From: Camelus ferus
Lineage: Eukaryota
Length of the DNA stretch: 64,000 bases
Direction of reading: 5' to 3'
NCBI RefSeq assembly: GCF_009834535.1
Contig: NC_045696.1
Coordinates: 103,480,001 to 103,544,000, forward strand
In this document: piece by piece, positions 1 to 12,959 of the stretch
How positions within the stretch are numbered: the first letter of the stretch is position 1
How the letters are laid out: every line of letters begins with the position of its first letter
The notes under the pieces: generated by a model
The model's input: the letters and a program-made list of their open reading frames with translations, nothing else
Told to the model about the DNA's origin: nothing
Databases searched by the model: none
Translations under genes and position numbers: made by a program

Positions 1-1375
1 GTTTGAAGAATGATTTGCGGGGTGTCCCCTCTGGAAAGTAAGCGGTAATACAGAGCACAAATTTCATTCTTCTGCCCAGAAAGTTCTGCTTAGATATCTC
101 ATTATAGATGACCTTAACGGAAGCTATTGTTTCTCTGGGCACTGCTCTGAAAATGGTGTGAGAAAAATGGAACATTGGAAGGACTGCCCCAACATCTCTC
201 CTCTTTTTGCCATTTATATAGAAGTCCTTATTAGGCAATAGGAAAAAACTCTGCAGTTTCATCAACTGTGATCTCAAAAGTAGCCACACCCTCCTCTCAA
301 GACTTCCCTCTTCCCACACAAAGCTTTTTCCTTTTGGAAATGAGATTTTTATCCTATTTATAGAAGAAATGTGTGCTCCTTTCTCCAACTATAGTCTAAG
401 ATTAAATCAATTCCACATCACGCCAAAGCTGATCCTTTCTTCTGAAAGGGCAACATTAATGTTCATGGAACCAGTGAGTTTTGCTAGTGAATTGGGTCCT
501 AGAACAAGGGCACAACTAACAGATTGCTTTCATTTATCTGAGAGCAAGGCCAGATGAAGGCACACAAAGGAAAGTAAACACACAAAGGAAGAAGATATAA
601 ACAAAAGAGAAACCAGTGTGATTTTAGGAAATGATTTTTATGTAGTCATTTCTACATGCTAAATATTTTATAGGTATTTTAGCATTTAATACAGCAACAC
701 TGTGAGATAAATATCATTATTATCCCTATTTTAAGATAAGGAAACCTCAAACAGGATGGTTAAATAATTTGGCTATGGTCACACAGTGAACCCTAGTCTC
801 TGATAAAGACAGTGCTTCCCCAGAAACACTCTCAGGAGGGGTTTTTTCTCTCACCTCCACTGCTTGGAGCCTTGGGCCTGGGGGCAAGACAGGTGCCTTC
901 ACTTCTCCTGATTGCTGCTTCAAGGTCATGATCCCACTCTCCTCAAAAGCTTTTAGCTTAGAAGCACATTATCAGACTCTGTTGCTAAATATTCCTCTTG
1001 GTTGAGTCAACTGTAGACCCTGGGGGTCTTGAAGATTTTTGTTCTCTGTCATTTTTTTCCAAATTCATGGTCATTTCAAAACCCACATGGACCAGCTTGC
1101 CAACACCTGTCTGCCAGCACCTCGACCTTCTCTTTTCAGTGGTCTTGTTCATTCACCCTATCTGTGCCAGAGGCCGGCTTGTGACTCCTCAAATCTGTTT
1201 CCTCTTTTTCCTGGGTGGATGGCACTTCCCCTCCTCCTTTGTAGCTAGATGTGGCATCATGACTGAATTCTGCACAAAGGAATATGGAAAGAGCCTGAGC
1301 AGCCCTCTGCTTGGTCTTGCTGTGTCTGCCGGCCAGGTGGAGAGCATCTGATGGAGGTTTCTGAGGCGCTAAAAC

Positions 1376-1790
1376 ACCACTGTTCAGCAGAAATGTAATG
1401 TGAGCCACATGTGATTTAAAATTCTCTAGTAATTGCTTTAAAAAAGAAAAAGAAACAGGTGAAATTGATTTCAATAATAGATCTTATTTAACCCAATATA
1501 TCAAAACCATTATCATTTCAACATGTAGTCAATATAAAAATTATTAAAGAGGTATTTCGTATTCTTTTTTCATATGAAGTCTTTGAGATCTGATGTGTAA
1601 TTTACACTTGCAGCACAAATCAATTCAGATGCTAAGTTCCCATTAAAAAAAGACGCTCTATTTATAATTTCATAAAGCAGATGCACATACTGAAGTCATT
1701 CCAAATATTCTTTCCAATTTTTAAATGAATGAAGCATAAATAAATTCAGTTTCTGAGTTGCACAAGTCACATTTCAAGTGCACAGTACTG
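1376..1790. mobile_element. Charlie1/MER33-type hAT element
   Basis: GAAACAGGTGAAATTGATTTCAATAATA...ATCATTTCAACATGTA...CACATTTCAAGTGC. Confidence 0.75.
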
Positions 1791-2554
1791 CAAATTGTGG
1801 CCCTAAAGTCTGAGCTGCATGGAAAGACCTTAAGACTGGAAATGACTTCAGGGAGCCAGCTTTCACCCCCACCCCATCAATAAGCATAGGGCTGTGGTGT
1901 GAGCAATAAGTAAACCTTGTGTGCCAAGCCCCTAAGCCCAGGGTCATTTGTTACAGCATCTGGTCTGACCGATACACAACCTCAGCCACCCACTCGTGTT
2001 TGGATGTTGTTATTACCATCAGCTCTGCCTCCTCCATAACCTTCATTTCAATCTTCCTCCTCTCTTCACTTGCTATATTTTCAGCTCCCTTCTTCTAATA
2101 TTAAAACTCTAACGATTTGTCACCCCCAGTTTCCTCCTCATTCTCTGGCTTTTATTCCCTTCTATAGACCCTTAGCTCCCTTGTCCCTGCCTCTGAGCCA
2201 AGCTCCACTGGAGTGGAGTCCACAGAACCATGATGAGTTGCCTCACTTTAATGAATGACCAGATACTTCAGCTGGGCATTTAGTACTGCTGGGAATCTTC
2301 CCACATGTCCATCCGACACTGCTCTTTCTCAATTGTTCTTCTTTTCAACCCTCCACCTCTCCTCCCTCTCCCCTGTATCAGTGCTGACGGGCTACCTGTT
2401 TCCAATGAGAAGATAGCAACAATCCGAAGAGCAATTCCGTGCCTTCCCACCACCACACCAACCAACCTGTGCACTCATCCCAACCCTTCTTACCTCTTAC
2501 ACAACCTCCCAGCACAGCCCACTTTTCCTGCATCATTTTTGTTTTCTTTTAGAT

Positions 2555-3530
2555 TTAAAAAAAATCTACTTTAAATACAGCAAAGAACACCTATCATAAG
2601 TATGATAGTTGGTGAATTTTTGCATATGTATATACCTGTGTTATTACCATCCAGATCAAGACAAAGAACATTTCCAGCACTCCTGAAGACCCCCCATGCT
2701 TCATCCAAGTAAATACCTTCTCAAGGGTATCCACCATTCTGACCTCTATCAGCCTAGATTGATTATGCAGATAAAATTTCATAGAAATGGATTATTAGGA
2801 TGTATTCTTTTGTGCCTCACATTTCATTTAACATCATGTCTGCAAGATTCACTCACTGCAAGTAGCAATAATTCACCTTTTGTACAGCACTGCAGTGTTC
2901 CATTGTATGAATATACAACAATTTATTTTCTGTTTTACTGGCGGTGGCAGATATAAGATGGCTGAAAATTCTTTGACATTCCTCCCATTAAGAGTGGGAT
3001 CCATGTCCCCTTGAATTGGGCTGTCCTGTGACTGCTTTGACCAGTAGACTATGGTGGAGGTGGGTCTAAGATGGTTCCAGGTCTAGCTTTTAAGAGGCTA
3101 GGTAGTTTCTGCTTCCTTCTTCTTGGAGCCCAGAACCACTATAAGAGGACTGAATATTTGGAAGGAGCCACGCTGCACGGAAGCCCAAGCTTCCAAGAGG
3201 CTAGGGGTAGAAAAAGAGAGTTTCCTTGCCAGTCCCCACACGTTCAAGTCATCCTACCAAGGTCCCAGAGATCATAGAGCAGAGATGAGCTGTCTCTGCT
3301 GTGCCTTGTCTGGTTTCCTGACCCTCAGAACCATACGATATAATAATGCTGACATGTTGTTTTAAGCCTCTAAGTTTTGGAATTGTTTGTTACACAACAA
3401 TTAGTAGCCAGAAAACTACTGGTAAATATTTGAGTTGTTTCCAGTTTCTGGCTATTATGAACAAAGTGGCTATGAACATTCTTGTATGCGTCTTTTGTAG
3501 ATATAAACCCCCATTTCTCTTGGGTATATG
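2555..3530. mobile_element. Minus-strand L1M fragment split by a MaLR (MLT1-like) LTR at about 2945-3416
   Basis: L1 text at 2555-2940 resumes at 3420 (minus peptide RMFIATLFIIARNWKQ). The inner segment has an MLT1-type end TTGTTTTAAGCCTCTAAGTTTTGG...TTGTTAC. Confidence 0.7.
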
Positions 3531-3539
3531 CACCATCAC

Positions 3540-4327
3540 CAGTTTTTCCCTCTTTCTTGGATGCTTCCCATCAATAGGCAAGCATGCTGCAATTTCTCCC
3601 ATTTAAAAAAAAAGAGGGAAATGTTCTGAACCCCAGCTACTGCCCCCTTTCTTTGCTCCCTTTAAAGCAAAACTTGAGTTTTCTACACTTTCTGTCTTCA
3701 CTTCTCTTCCCTTGCATCCACTCCAGACATGCTTTTATCTCCTTGGCTCCACAGAAAGAGCTCTTGTCAATGTTCCCAGGGCCCTTATGCTCCCAAATCC
3801 ACTGGGCATTTCTTAGTCCTCATTCTCACTAAACTTTCTCAGGAGCATAGGACACACAGGATCCCTCTCTCCTTGCTGTCATACGTTCTTTGTCTGCCTT
3901 CTAGACTCCGTTCTTAGTTCTTCTTCCACTTTTCTGCCCATTCCTCTTTAGCCTCATCATTCCAAATCGCTGAAGACTGACATTTCCCCAAGCTCTAGCC
4001 ATACTCAGTAGATGTCACACCCAATCTCAAGGCCTTAAATACCATCCGTTTGCTACTGACTTCCAAATTCATACCTCCAGCCTGGACCTCTTCCCTGACC
4101 TGTATTCAACTGCCCACTCGTATGACCTCATCTCTTACCTCTCTTCCCCTCAGCCTTCCCATGTTATAGATTCGCTGGTCCCTTGCTTTCTCAGGAACTT
4201 CCAAATGCAATTACACTTAGACCCTTTGGTTTTGCTGTTTCTGCTCTCTGAAATGCTCTTTCCTAGATCTGTGCATAGCTGGCCCCATATCTTTCAGGAC
4301 TGAATGAGTGAACAAATGAATGAATGA
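3540..4327 (+). mobile_element. L2 relic
   Basis: Pyrimidine-rich L2-type text ending in the TGAATGAG...TGAATGAATGA tail. Confidence 0.55.
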
Positions 4328-4548
4328 TTTGAAAGATGTATTTTATAACTTTAACAATATTCTGTTACTAGCATCTATTTTTTTAGCCTATATCTTGAAT
4401 ATAAAGATGAAAAGAGTGACTTCAATCAAGCAGCTATTCAGGGGATTTTTGATCTTCAAGACACCAAATAGCTAGGTTGATGGCCATTTTTATCTGCAGG
4501 GTGTTTTGGATCAGAAATAGACTAGAATATTTAAATCAGACATCATTA

Positions 4549-4695
4549 GGGGAGGGTATAGCTCGGTGGTAGAGCTCATGCTTAGCATGCACGAGGTTCA
4601 GGGTTCAATCCCCAGTACTGTCATTAAGTAAACAAACAAACAGACAAACAAACCTAATTATCTCCCCCCTAAAAAAAAACAAATTTTTTTTAATT
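4549..4695 (+). mobile_element. tRNA-Ala-derived SINE (Vic-1 type)
   Basis: Head GGGGAGGGTATAGCTC...CTTAGCATGC...GGTTCAATCCCCAG, then an AAACCTAATTA body and A-rich tail. TSD AGACATCATTAG at 4538-4549 and 4696-4707. Confidence 0.9.
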
Positions 4696-7600
4696 AGACA
4701 TCATTAGATCTTATACTTCTTGTTTTCTCATTTATAAAAGGAATATAACTTGGAATTTTCTACCAGTCTTACCAAATCATCACCCTGAGTCACTGAATCT
4801 CATTTGGATACTGCCCATTTGGCAGATGTTTGTACGTGTGTATGTGTGTGTGCGCGTGCATGCATGTGTGTGCGTGTGTGTGTATGTAGAAGGGAAAAGA
4901 CAGCATCAAGTACTTCACTTTACGATTTGGTATAATCAACTAACCTCCTTCTGGTTCCACTAAATCAGGAGGAAGCTCAAGGAAAGAACAAGAGCTAAAA
5001 GTCAACCAGATATTTCATTAAAAAGTCTGCTTTCCTTAGAGGTAGAGACCATTCAGCCTTTACAGTGTATCCCTTTGTAGCCCCAAAGAAGACAGGCATT
5101 TACCAGGCTGCCACTTAGCTAGCATGGTAGATTGTGTGTAAAAATTGAGCTCCCACATCCTTTAAGGAGACTGGAGACCTTTTCAGTGAGATGTTTAATA
5201 CAACACAAAGATATAAAAAATAGTGCAACAAATGCCCAGGAACCTACTATCCTTTATTAATGCAGGTAAAATCCCTTGTGCCCTACCCACAATGAACAAA
5301 TTACAGGATAGAACTTGCTTCCAGTGACTTGTTTACATGGCTAATTAAAGCCAAATTGACAAGGAAAATATTCAATGCACCATACATCCAGAAATATTAA
5401 CTGGATGGGAAAGGACATCTGATCCTTGCAGGGACATCTTATCCTTGCAGGGGTGTTTAGAAGAGAAGATTAAGGTGAGTCATGATGGGAGGAGGGGTGG
5501 TGTATAAATACTTAGATTGCTCTTATGTGGGAGAGCGGGCGAATTTCTGCATCGTTCCAGAGTGACTAGCCCAGTTTTATGCAGGGCTCGATGTTGGATG
5601 CTGTCCAGCACCAGCATGCTTGCCTTAACACACAGGCAACTTCTGAACAGTTTTTTAAATTTTTTCAGCCCCCAGTTCATTAACTCATTTTTCATCTGGG
5701 GCTTGGAAGCTGGCTTTCAAACCTGACCCTTGGTCCAGCCTTCGATCTAGCAACTTCTTCCTTCATCAAGACTGCATTTTCTCCCTAGAATGCTGCCTCC
5801 AGCTCTCTGGGTAAGTAGCTTGCTGGGTTTGCCAGGACTCACCAGTAGGACTTGGACATTTGAAGAGAAACTGAGGCCAAGGAATTCAAGTTGCAGAGGG
5901 CAGGTCTCAGCCCCATGAAGTGAAGGAGGCTGTCCTTCACCCTATCACTGAGCATGAGCAAGCAATGGCTGGAGGGCCGCCTCCCCAGATGGAGCAAAGG
6001 AAGCTGTGAAGGGGTTGAAGGCCAACACCTGTTCCAAATCTAATCTCCCAAGGGCCCAAGAACTGACAATACAAAGTGGTCTAGAACCAGCCAAGGATAT
6101 GGCTTTTTATGTTGATGTCCATTTTATATTCCAGAAAATGACAGTGTTCCAGATCTAACCTTTCTGAGTCTGTTTCTTGAGCTGTAAAACTCGGGAAAAT
6201 AAAAATACTATACCCCTGGGGTTACTGTGAGAATTAAAAGATGTTTGTTTTGTACATTGTAAAGTGCTTGAAAATATAAATAGGTCTGGATGGAAACAGA
6301 CCAAACTGTTGACAGCAGTTGTCTCCAAGGAGTGGTCCTGAATAAAAATCTTTGAATTTTTTTCTATGAGGATGTATTAATTTTGCAATAAAAAATTAAT
6401 ATTTTAAAATATTACATATAGTATATACTGATTCTGTAATTATATATGAATCCACAGATATGTTTCTATGAAAATACATCTCCTTTCAGTCTTTTTCCCC
6501 TTTGGGGATGATACATTATAATGTGAGTTAACATCATTTCAAGCTATTAAACATTCTTTGATAACATTCCTATAAGGATGTACAGAGATTTTTTATTTTA
6601 ACTAGTTCCTTATTGTGGCTGTCTGGGTTGACTCCAGTTTTTCCATATTATAAGCAATATTGTGATGAATATTCTTGTGTCTATTTCTGATTATTCCCTT
6701 AGAATGGCTTCCTAGAAGCAGAACTGTCAGGTCAAAGGGAAAGCATACTTTTCAGCCTTCTGATTCTCATTACAAAAAGCCCTCTAGAAAGATGGTACCA
6801 ATTACGTTTCTGCCAGCAGTGGACTGTCGAAAAAAAATTTAAGTCTGGCGTACTGAAACAATGAAAATTTAAAATAAACAACAGCAGTTGGATGGTTTCT
6901 ATGTCAGGTGATCCAGGAAACTTTGAGCTGAGGAGGGAGCTTCGTGGGTCGGTTCAGGCCCTGTAGGAAAGACTTACTCTGCTTAAAGCCTTGTCATCCA
7001 TAAACTACTTTAAGCCCCCCCATGTTTCATCTCCCCAATGAGAAGCCTGTTGGATCAGATACACTCCCTCTCCTCTTAGCATCTGCAGGAGAGTAGACAC
7101 TCTCTCCAGCTCATCCAGGCCCACCTTCTCTGAGCCAAGTTGATAGAGTGAACTGATGGCCCGGCCAGCCTGGCCAGCTTCCTAGAATGAGCCCCTTTGC
7201 TGCTGGTCTCAGCTGTCCTCCTATCCCCCCAACCCCCAAATTATTCGAAAACTGGCTGTGGATCAGGCCCTGCATGGGAGTAGCCCAGCCCTTTCCCCTC
7301 CTCTTGTGCAGAAGTGGGTCCCCACAACCCTGCTTGAGGTTTTTGTGAACCTGGGTGCAGCCCCACCAGCAGTACTAACATGCTCAGCGCTTTCTCCCCT
7401 ATTTTCCCCCAAGACCTGGAGGAAATGAATAGGAATTCTTTTCATGCTTGTAAGTATTTTTTGTTGTTGTTGCTTTGTTATCAGAAGTCCAATCTGAAGC
7501 AGAAAGGAAGGGAGGCCTCCGGAAAGTCTTTGACCTCTTATTTCTGCAATAGCTTTTGGTTCCCAGCTTGTACGGTAATGCTTTGACATTTCCAAGCTAA

Positions 7601-7727
7601 ACAGCAGACGATGTGGTAGGAGTGGGGAGGTATGTGTTGGGGAGAAAGTATTTCTGGACAGTGGAGAGATAGAAGACACCTGTGGATTAGTGAAAAAGAC
7701 CCCTGGACTCAATAAACTAGGGATCTT

Positions 7728-8420
7728 CACAGTATTATTCATCATAGCCCCAAGGTGGAAGAATCACCATGTCTATTCACAATAGAGTAGATAAACAAAT
7801 TGTGGTATATTCATGCAACAGAATACTATATAGCAATGAAAAAGAACAAATCCATTCACACAGAACATGGGTGGCTCTCACAAACATAATGTTGGGTGAA
7901 AGAAGCCTGACCCAGAAGGATACATATCTTATGACCCCATTTATATAAACTTCAATAACCGGTGAAATGTAACTATAGTGTTTAGGAATGCCTATCGGGC
8001 AATACACCATTAGGAAAAACAAAGGAGTGATTTCCATAAAAGTCAGGATAGTAGTTGCCTCTGGTAGAAGACAGGGTTATTGGGAAGGGGCATGAGGGGG
8101 CTTCTGGGTACTGAGGATGAGCTATTTCTCTCTTCTTTTATTGAGATATAGTTGAGATATACAATACTATATGCTTCAGGTGTACAACTTAGTGATTCAC
8201 AATTTTTAAATATATGTTCCATTTATAGTTATTATAAAATATTGGCTCTCTTCCCCATGTTGTACAAATATTCCTTGAAGCTGATTTATGATGATGAGCT
8301 ATTTCTTGAGCTGGGAGGTAGTAATTAGATGGATTTTCACTTTATAATAATTCATTAAACTCACATTCTATGCTTTGTTCATTTTTAGGTATGTGTGTTT
8401 TTTTCACAATTTAAAAAGTA
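7728..8420 (+). mobile_element. Old L1M 3' end interrupted by a minus-strand L1 3' tip (8130-8292)
   Basis: L1M-type 3' motifs. The inner insertion has a perfect 14-bp TSD GATGAGCTATTTCT at 8116-8129 and 8293-8306. Confidence 0.8.
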
Positions 8421-9585
8421 TGTCTGTGTTTTTGTGTCTGTGGTTTAGAAAGATTAAGGGTCAGTATTTTCTGGAGTCAATCACTAGTTGATGCAAACAT
8501 TCTCTGTCTCTGATGTGTCTCGGAGGACCCCTCTGAGCCCACACCTGTTAGACCGCCCTGGTGAAGGAAAATTAGGACTGTGTGACAGTGCAGAAAAAGA
8601 AGACCAGCCAACTACTGAGTCACAAAGCTGTTTACATACTTACCTATTTTACCTTCTCAAAGACTGGAGCAGCAGAAGTCACAAAAGAATCCTTTTGTTT
8701 AAAAGGTGGAGGATATCTATTACAAAGATAGTGATTGCAGTTCAACAGCCTGGAGTCAAAGCGTGTCCAGGCCTGAGAGATCTGTAAAGCCGAGCAGAAT
8801 GCTTCCTTCTTCTAGGGCTTTGGGGAGGAATGAGTGAGCTACTTTGTAAAGTGCCTGATACATGGAGATAATAAATAGTAGAAATATTATCCTCACTTTA
8901 CTCAAGAAGACACGGAGCCCGGGTCTGGCTGGGACTTGTCCAAGGTCACCAGCTGGCAAGGAAAGGACTAGAGATTCAAGCCTGAGTGTTTCTCTTTTGG
9001 AGGTCATGTCCCATCAACACACACACACACTCTGTGGGAGGTCAGGGGAGGGAACAGGTACCTGGGCTGGGTGGGAAGGCTTGTCACAGAGGATGTGACT
9101 TTTGAGCTAACCTTTGAAAAGGAGGAGGGAGTTGTTAGGCCGAAGAATGAGCACAGACCAGCCGAGGAGGTATGAACGTTTGTAGAATCATAGGGAAATG
9201 GTGGGTGCATGGTGGGTGCACGAGTAAGTCATTGAACTTTCCTAAGTGTCAAGCTCTACATGCGTCGGGGTGAAGGTAAGGATAGCTGCGCTGCTTATTT
9301 CAAAGTGTTATTCCAAGGACTGAAGGAGAGTATACTTCAAGGCTCTTTATAAATCCTTCAGCATTATGCAAACTTAAGACTATGCATGGGTTTCTGCGCA
9401 CGAGCCCGTGCATGTGTACCCTGGGGAAAATTAAAAACTTGGCTTATGTCTATGGGTAAAAGAAGAAATCAAGACCTTATTTTTTGCCCTGTAGAGACCA
9501 CTCCCAAGCCCAGGGCACAGGAGAATAAAGAAAAATTCCTGTGAATACTAACCTGGAAGATACTTAGCACATCCAATTAAACCTA

Positions 9586-9586
<1 letters not shown>

Positions 9587-9642
<56 letters not shown>

Positions 9643-9646
9643 TATA
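9587..9646. repeat. Compound (TG)n(TA)n microsatellite
   Basis: Seen directly. Confidence 0.95.
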
Positions 9647-12600
9647 CTGTTAGGTCATACATTGGTACTTAGAGTTTATTATTAATAAGCAAGGAATTGT
9701 TAACACACTTTCGGATGTCTAGTATCTGCTGGCAGCAAATTTAAGGAGCCAAGGATGAGCCCATCTTCTGGGAAAACTTTATGGACAAAGGACTGACTCC
9801 ATTAGCAAAATCATTCACAATCTCCATTCATCTTGTGATCCTCTGAATGTGTTAATTGCTAACACTTTTTCTGTGCTTACTATGTCAGACACTTTTTATA
9901 AGTACTTTATATGATTTCTTACTATTAAATTAATAATTATAAACACATTGTTAATCATCACACAATCCTGTGTGAGATATGCTATTCTGCTCCCACCATT
10001 TTAAGATGGAGAGTTTTTAGGTAACCTGACCAAGGTCAAATAGCTAGTAGGTGGAATTTGAACCTAGGCAGGTCTGATTCTAGAGTCCACATGCTTATCC
10101 AGTTCCTGCTACTATCTTTCAGCCTGGTTAATTTATCAATGACAGTGACCATTTACAAGAAGAGACTGATAATTTATCTTTTTCGAATTCAGCATAGACT
10201 CTCTACACTTCTTAAAGCCAAACTTTCATCACCAATTTTGAATTCGATGCAGCATATAGAATACAGGTGAGGGTCACCTGTATCTCTGAGAGGTGTTTCT
10301 GAATGTTTATTTACTTGTTCAAAGTTTTGAGAGTTTCAAAAAGTATAAAAATGGCTGACCCATGTTCAAGAATGTTGAGAAATCCTATCGAAACCACTGA
10401 GGAGAGAGGAAATGGACAGGACAGAAATGGAGCTCTGTGATGATGGTGAAGACGGAGGAAAGAGAAAGAGGACAGAACAGAGCCAGGGAATGATTCAGAG
10501 CCTGAGAGTGGCGGGCCCCACGTGAGCTGTAATCAACAGGCATAACTCCTGGTAACGCGGGATGTTGAAGACCGCATTGTACTCTTGGACGGAAACAATA
10601 TTTAATTAATAACCATTAAGAGTTGCCAGAACAGCCCACCAGAACACGTAGATAGCTGAAGGCAATTTAGTTGGTTTGTCTGAGATATTTTCTATCCTGC
10701 TTTCTTAACACCCCTTTTAAAATTGCCTTCTAAGCTTCAGCCAGAAGTGGGTGAATTGGCAACTACCCCATGGCAAGTGAGCTGCGTGGCTGGCTCTGCT
10801 GATGCCCTGGAGAAAGTGGGGGTGTCCAGGCTCTCCGTCCCCCAGTTTGCAGCCCCTGACATCACTGAACCTGTGGACCATGACTCCTTTCTGCCACAGA
10901 TGATTCAGATGTGCCCTACCTGGGTTGTGCTGCTGGCAGGCTTTGGCACCAGAGACAGAAGATTTAACTCAAAGTGAGGTTTTTCCTCCAGTAGGAAAAA
11001 AAAAAAGTTGGCAATTGACAGAACTAAGGAAACGAGCTGAGAAAAGGCCAGACAAAGAATAGTGGTCAGATGATTCATGAGGTGGGGCACTCCGCTCTAG
11101 GGAAAAAAAAAAAATTATTATAAGATTGGAATCTGCTAGTGGTTGTCTTGTTCTTTAATGACCATGTTCTCCTTCAGAATTCTAAGTGTAGGTTAGGTCT
11201 GGAAGGGGGAAAAAGTTAAAATGAAGGACTTTTATTATAAGCCCGTCCCTTGCCTCTGCCTTCCCCTCCTGTGAGCACTGCGGACATGACCACGTTGTCA
11301 GCCCTGCGACTGAGTTGCGGCTGCCCCTTCCCTGGAATACGATTCACGCTGCCACCTTGGAAGACACAAGGTGGAAAGAGCTTTATAAATTTGGCCTTGG
11401 TTTGCTCCAAAGAGACCTGGGGATTATTTGCAGGTTACATGATTTCCAGGTCCAGTAACTTTTTCCTCTGCCATTGTGAGTACTTTCATTGTTTTAAGCA
11501 ACTAATAGCCCAGGAGTGGCCAGGACTCTTTCTTTCTGACAGGAAAACCCCAGGAAGAGCTGTCAATTAGTAACCATTCACAAGGTACAGTTGCTGGGTG
11601 TCTGTCATTTCCAGAGTTACTGAAGAGCTTAAAGTCTGGACATCCAGCTCTAACTCGACTAAATCACACACATTGTCCCCTCAGGCTGTACCCTGAGATG
11701 GTTTGCTTTAAGAATAGGGGGTTTCTATCATCAATCAGAAAAGAAGTTTAAAAACCACGAAGTGCCATAAAAATCTTTCCCTTAGGAGGAGGTGAGCAGT
11801 GACAGGCATGAGGGTAGGTAAAGGTGAAGAGAAGTGGGGACAAGATTCCAGTTACACAGGTGTTCCTGGAAAATTGGGTGGAGACCAGCCTGGCCTGAAA
11901 GGAATTATTAGTCATTAAATTTCCCTTCCATGATTGAAAATAAGGGATGTGCTGATAATCTATGGTTCCTTTTGGGTTTTGGACGGTATTTGTCTGGATT
12001 GGAACCTAGGATCTTCAAAGTATTTGTTGTGGGTCCTTTGTCTAGCTGCTTCACCTCCTAGTGCCTTCTTAATTTAAATGTAAAATGAGGATAGGATGGT
12101 AGCAACTCTAAGGGGATGGGGAGGGATCAGGTAATTAATTCATGAAAAGCGTATAGAGTTGGTGCTCAACAGATGTTAGCCATTATTATTAGGGCTACAA
12201 CACTGTAGTAAGTATTCTGTAGCACAGAAATTCCAGAAAGTTTTTAGTTAGCTGTGCGAACTTTGGGGCTGAAGTTTCTCTTCAGTAAAATTAGGGAGTT
12301 GGATCAGATAAGGTCTATACTGGCTGTAAAGTTCTCGAATTACATACTTTGTATTTTCCTAATGGAAATACTGAGACATGCATACAATTAGTACCTGTTC
12401 TTGACACATCTTAGCAACAGTCAGGCTGGGGATGTAGCTGGCCACCGAGCCTTTGATGCTACTAGATTTCTACTATCAGAAGATCACAGTCCATGGTTCA
12501 TGGGAGTGCAACCTGGCATAATCTTACTAGAAGTTTATCCAAAGCCATAAAATTATGTATTCCCCAGAATTCCATTTCTAAGACTATATACTAGGACAAT

Positions 12601-12868
12601 GATAAATAATAAATAAGGGTGCTGCAAGATAGCTACAAGGATATTTATTACAGGACTATTTATAATAAGGAAAAACTGAAAAAAGTATTGATAATCAGAA
12701 GAGAGGGTTGATTAAATTATGGCGCATCTGTGGAATGAAATGCAGTTGCAAAAGTGATTAACAAGGAATGTTTTGACATGGTAAGATGCTTCCAATATAT
12801 TGTTAAATGGAAAACAAGTTATCAAATAATATATATACTATGACCCTAGAGTGATTAAAAACCAATCT

Positions 12869-12959
12869 GGTGGGTTGCGCATAGCTCAAGTGGTAGAGCA
12901 CATGCTTAGCATGCACGAGGTCCTGGGTTCAATCCCCAGAACCTCCGTTTAAAAAAAAA
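12869..12959 (+). mobile_element. Short tRNA-Ala-derived SINE (Vic-1 type, head plus A tail), within an old L1 relic
   Basis: ATAGCTCAAGTGGTAGAGCACATGCTTAGCATGCACGAGGTCCTGGGTTCAATCCCC followed by an A-run. Confidence 0.85.
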
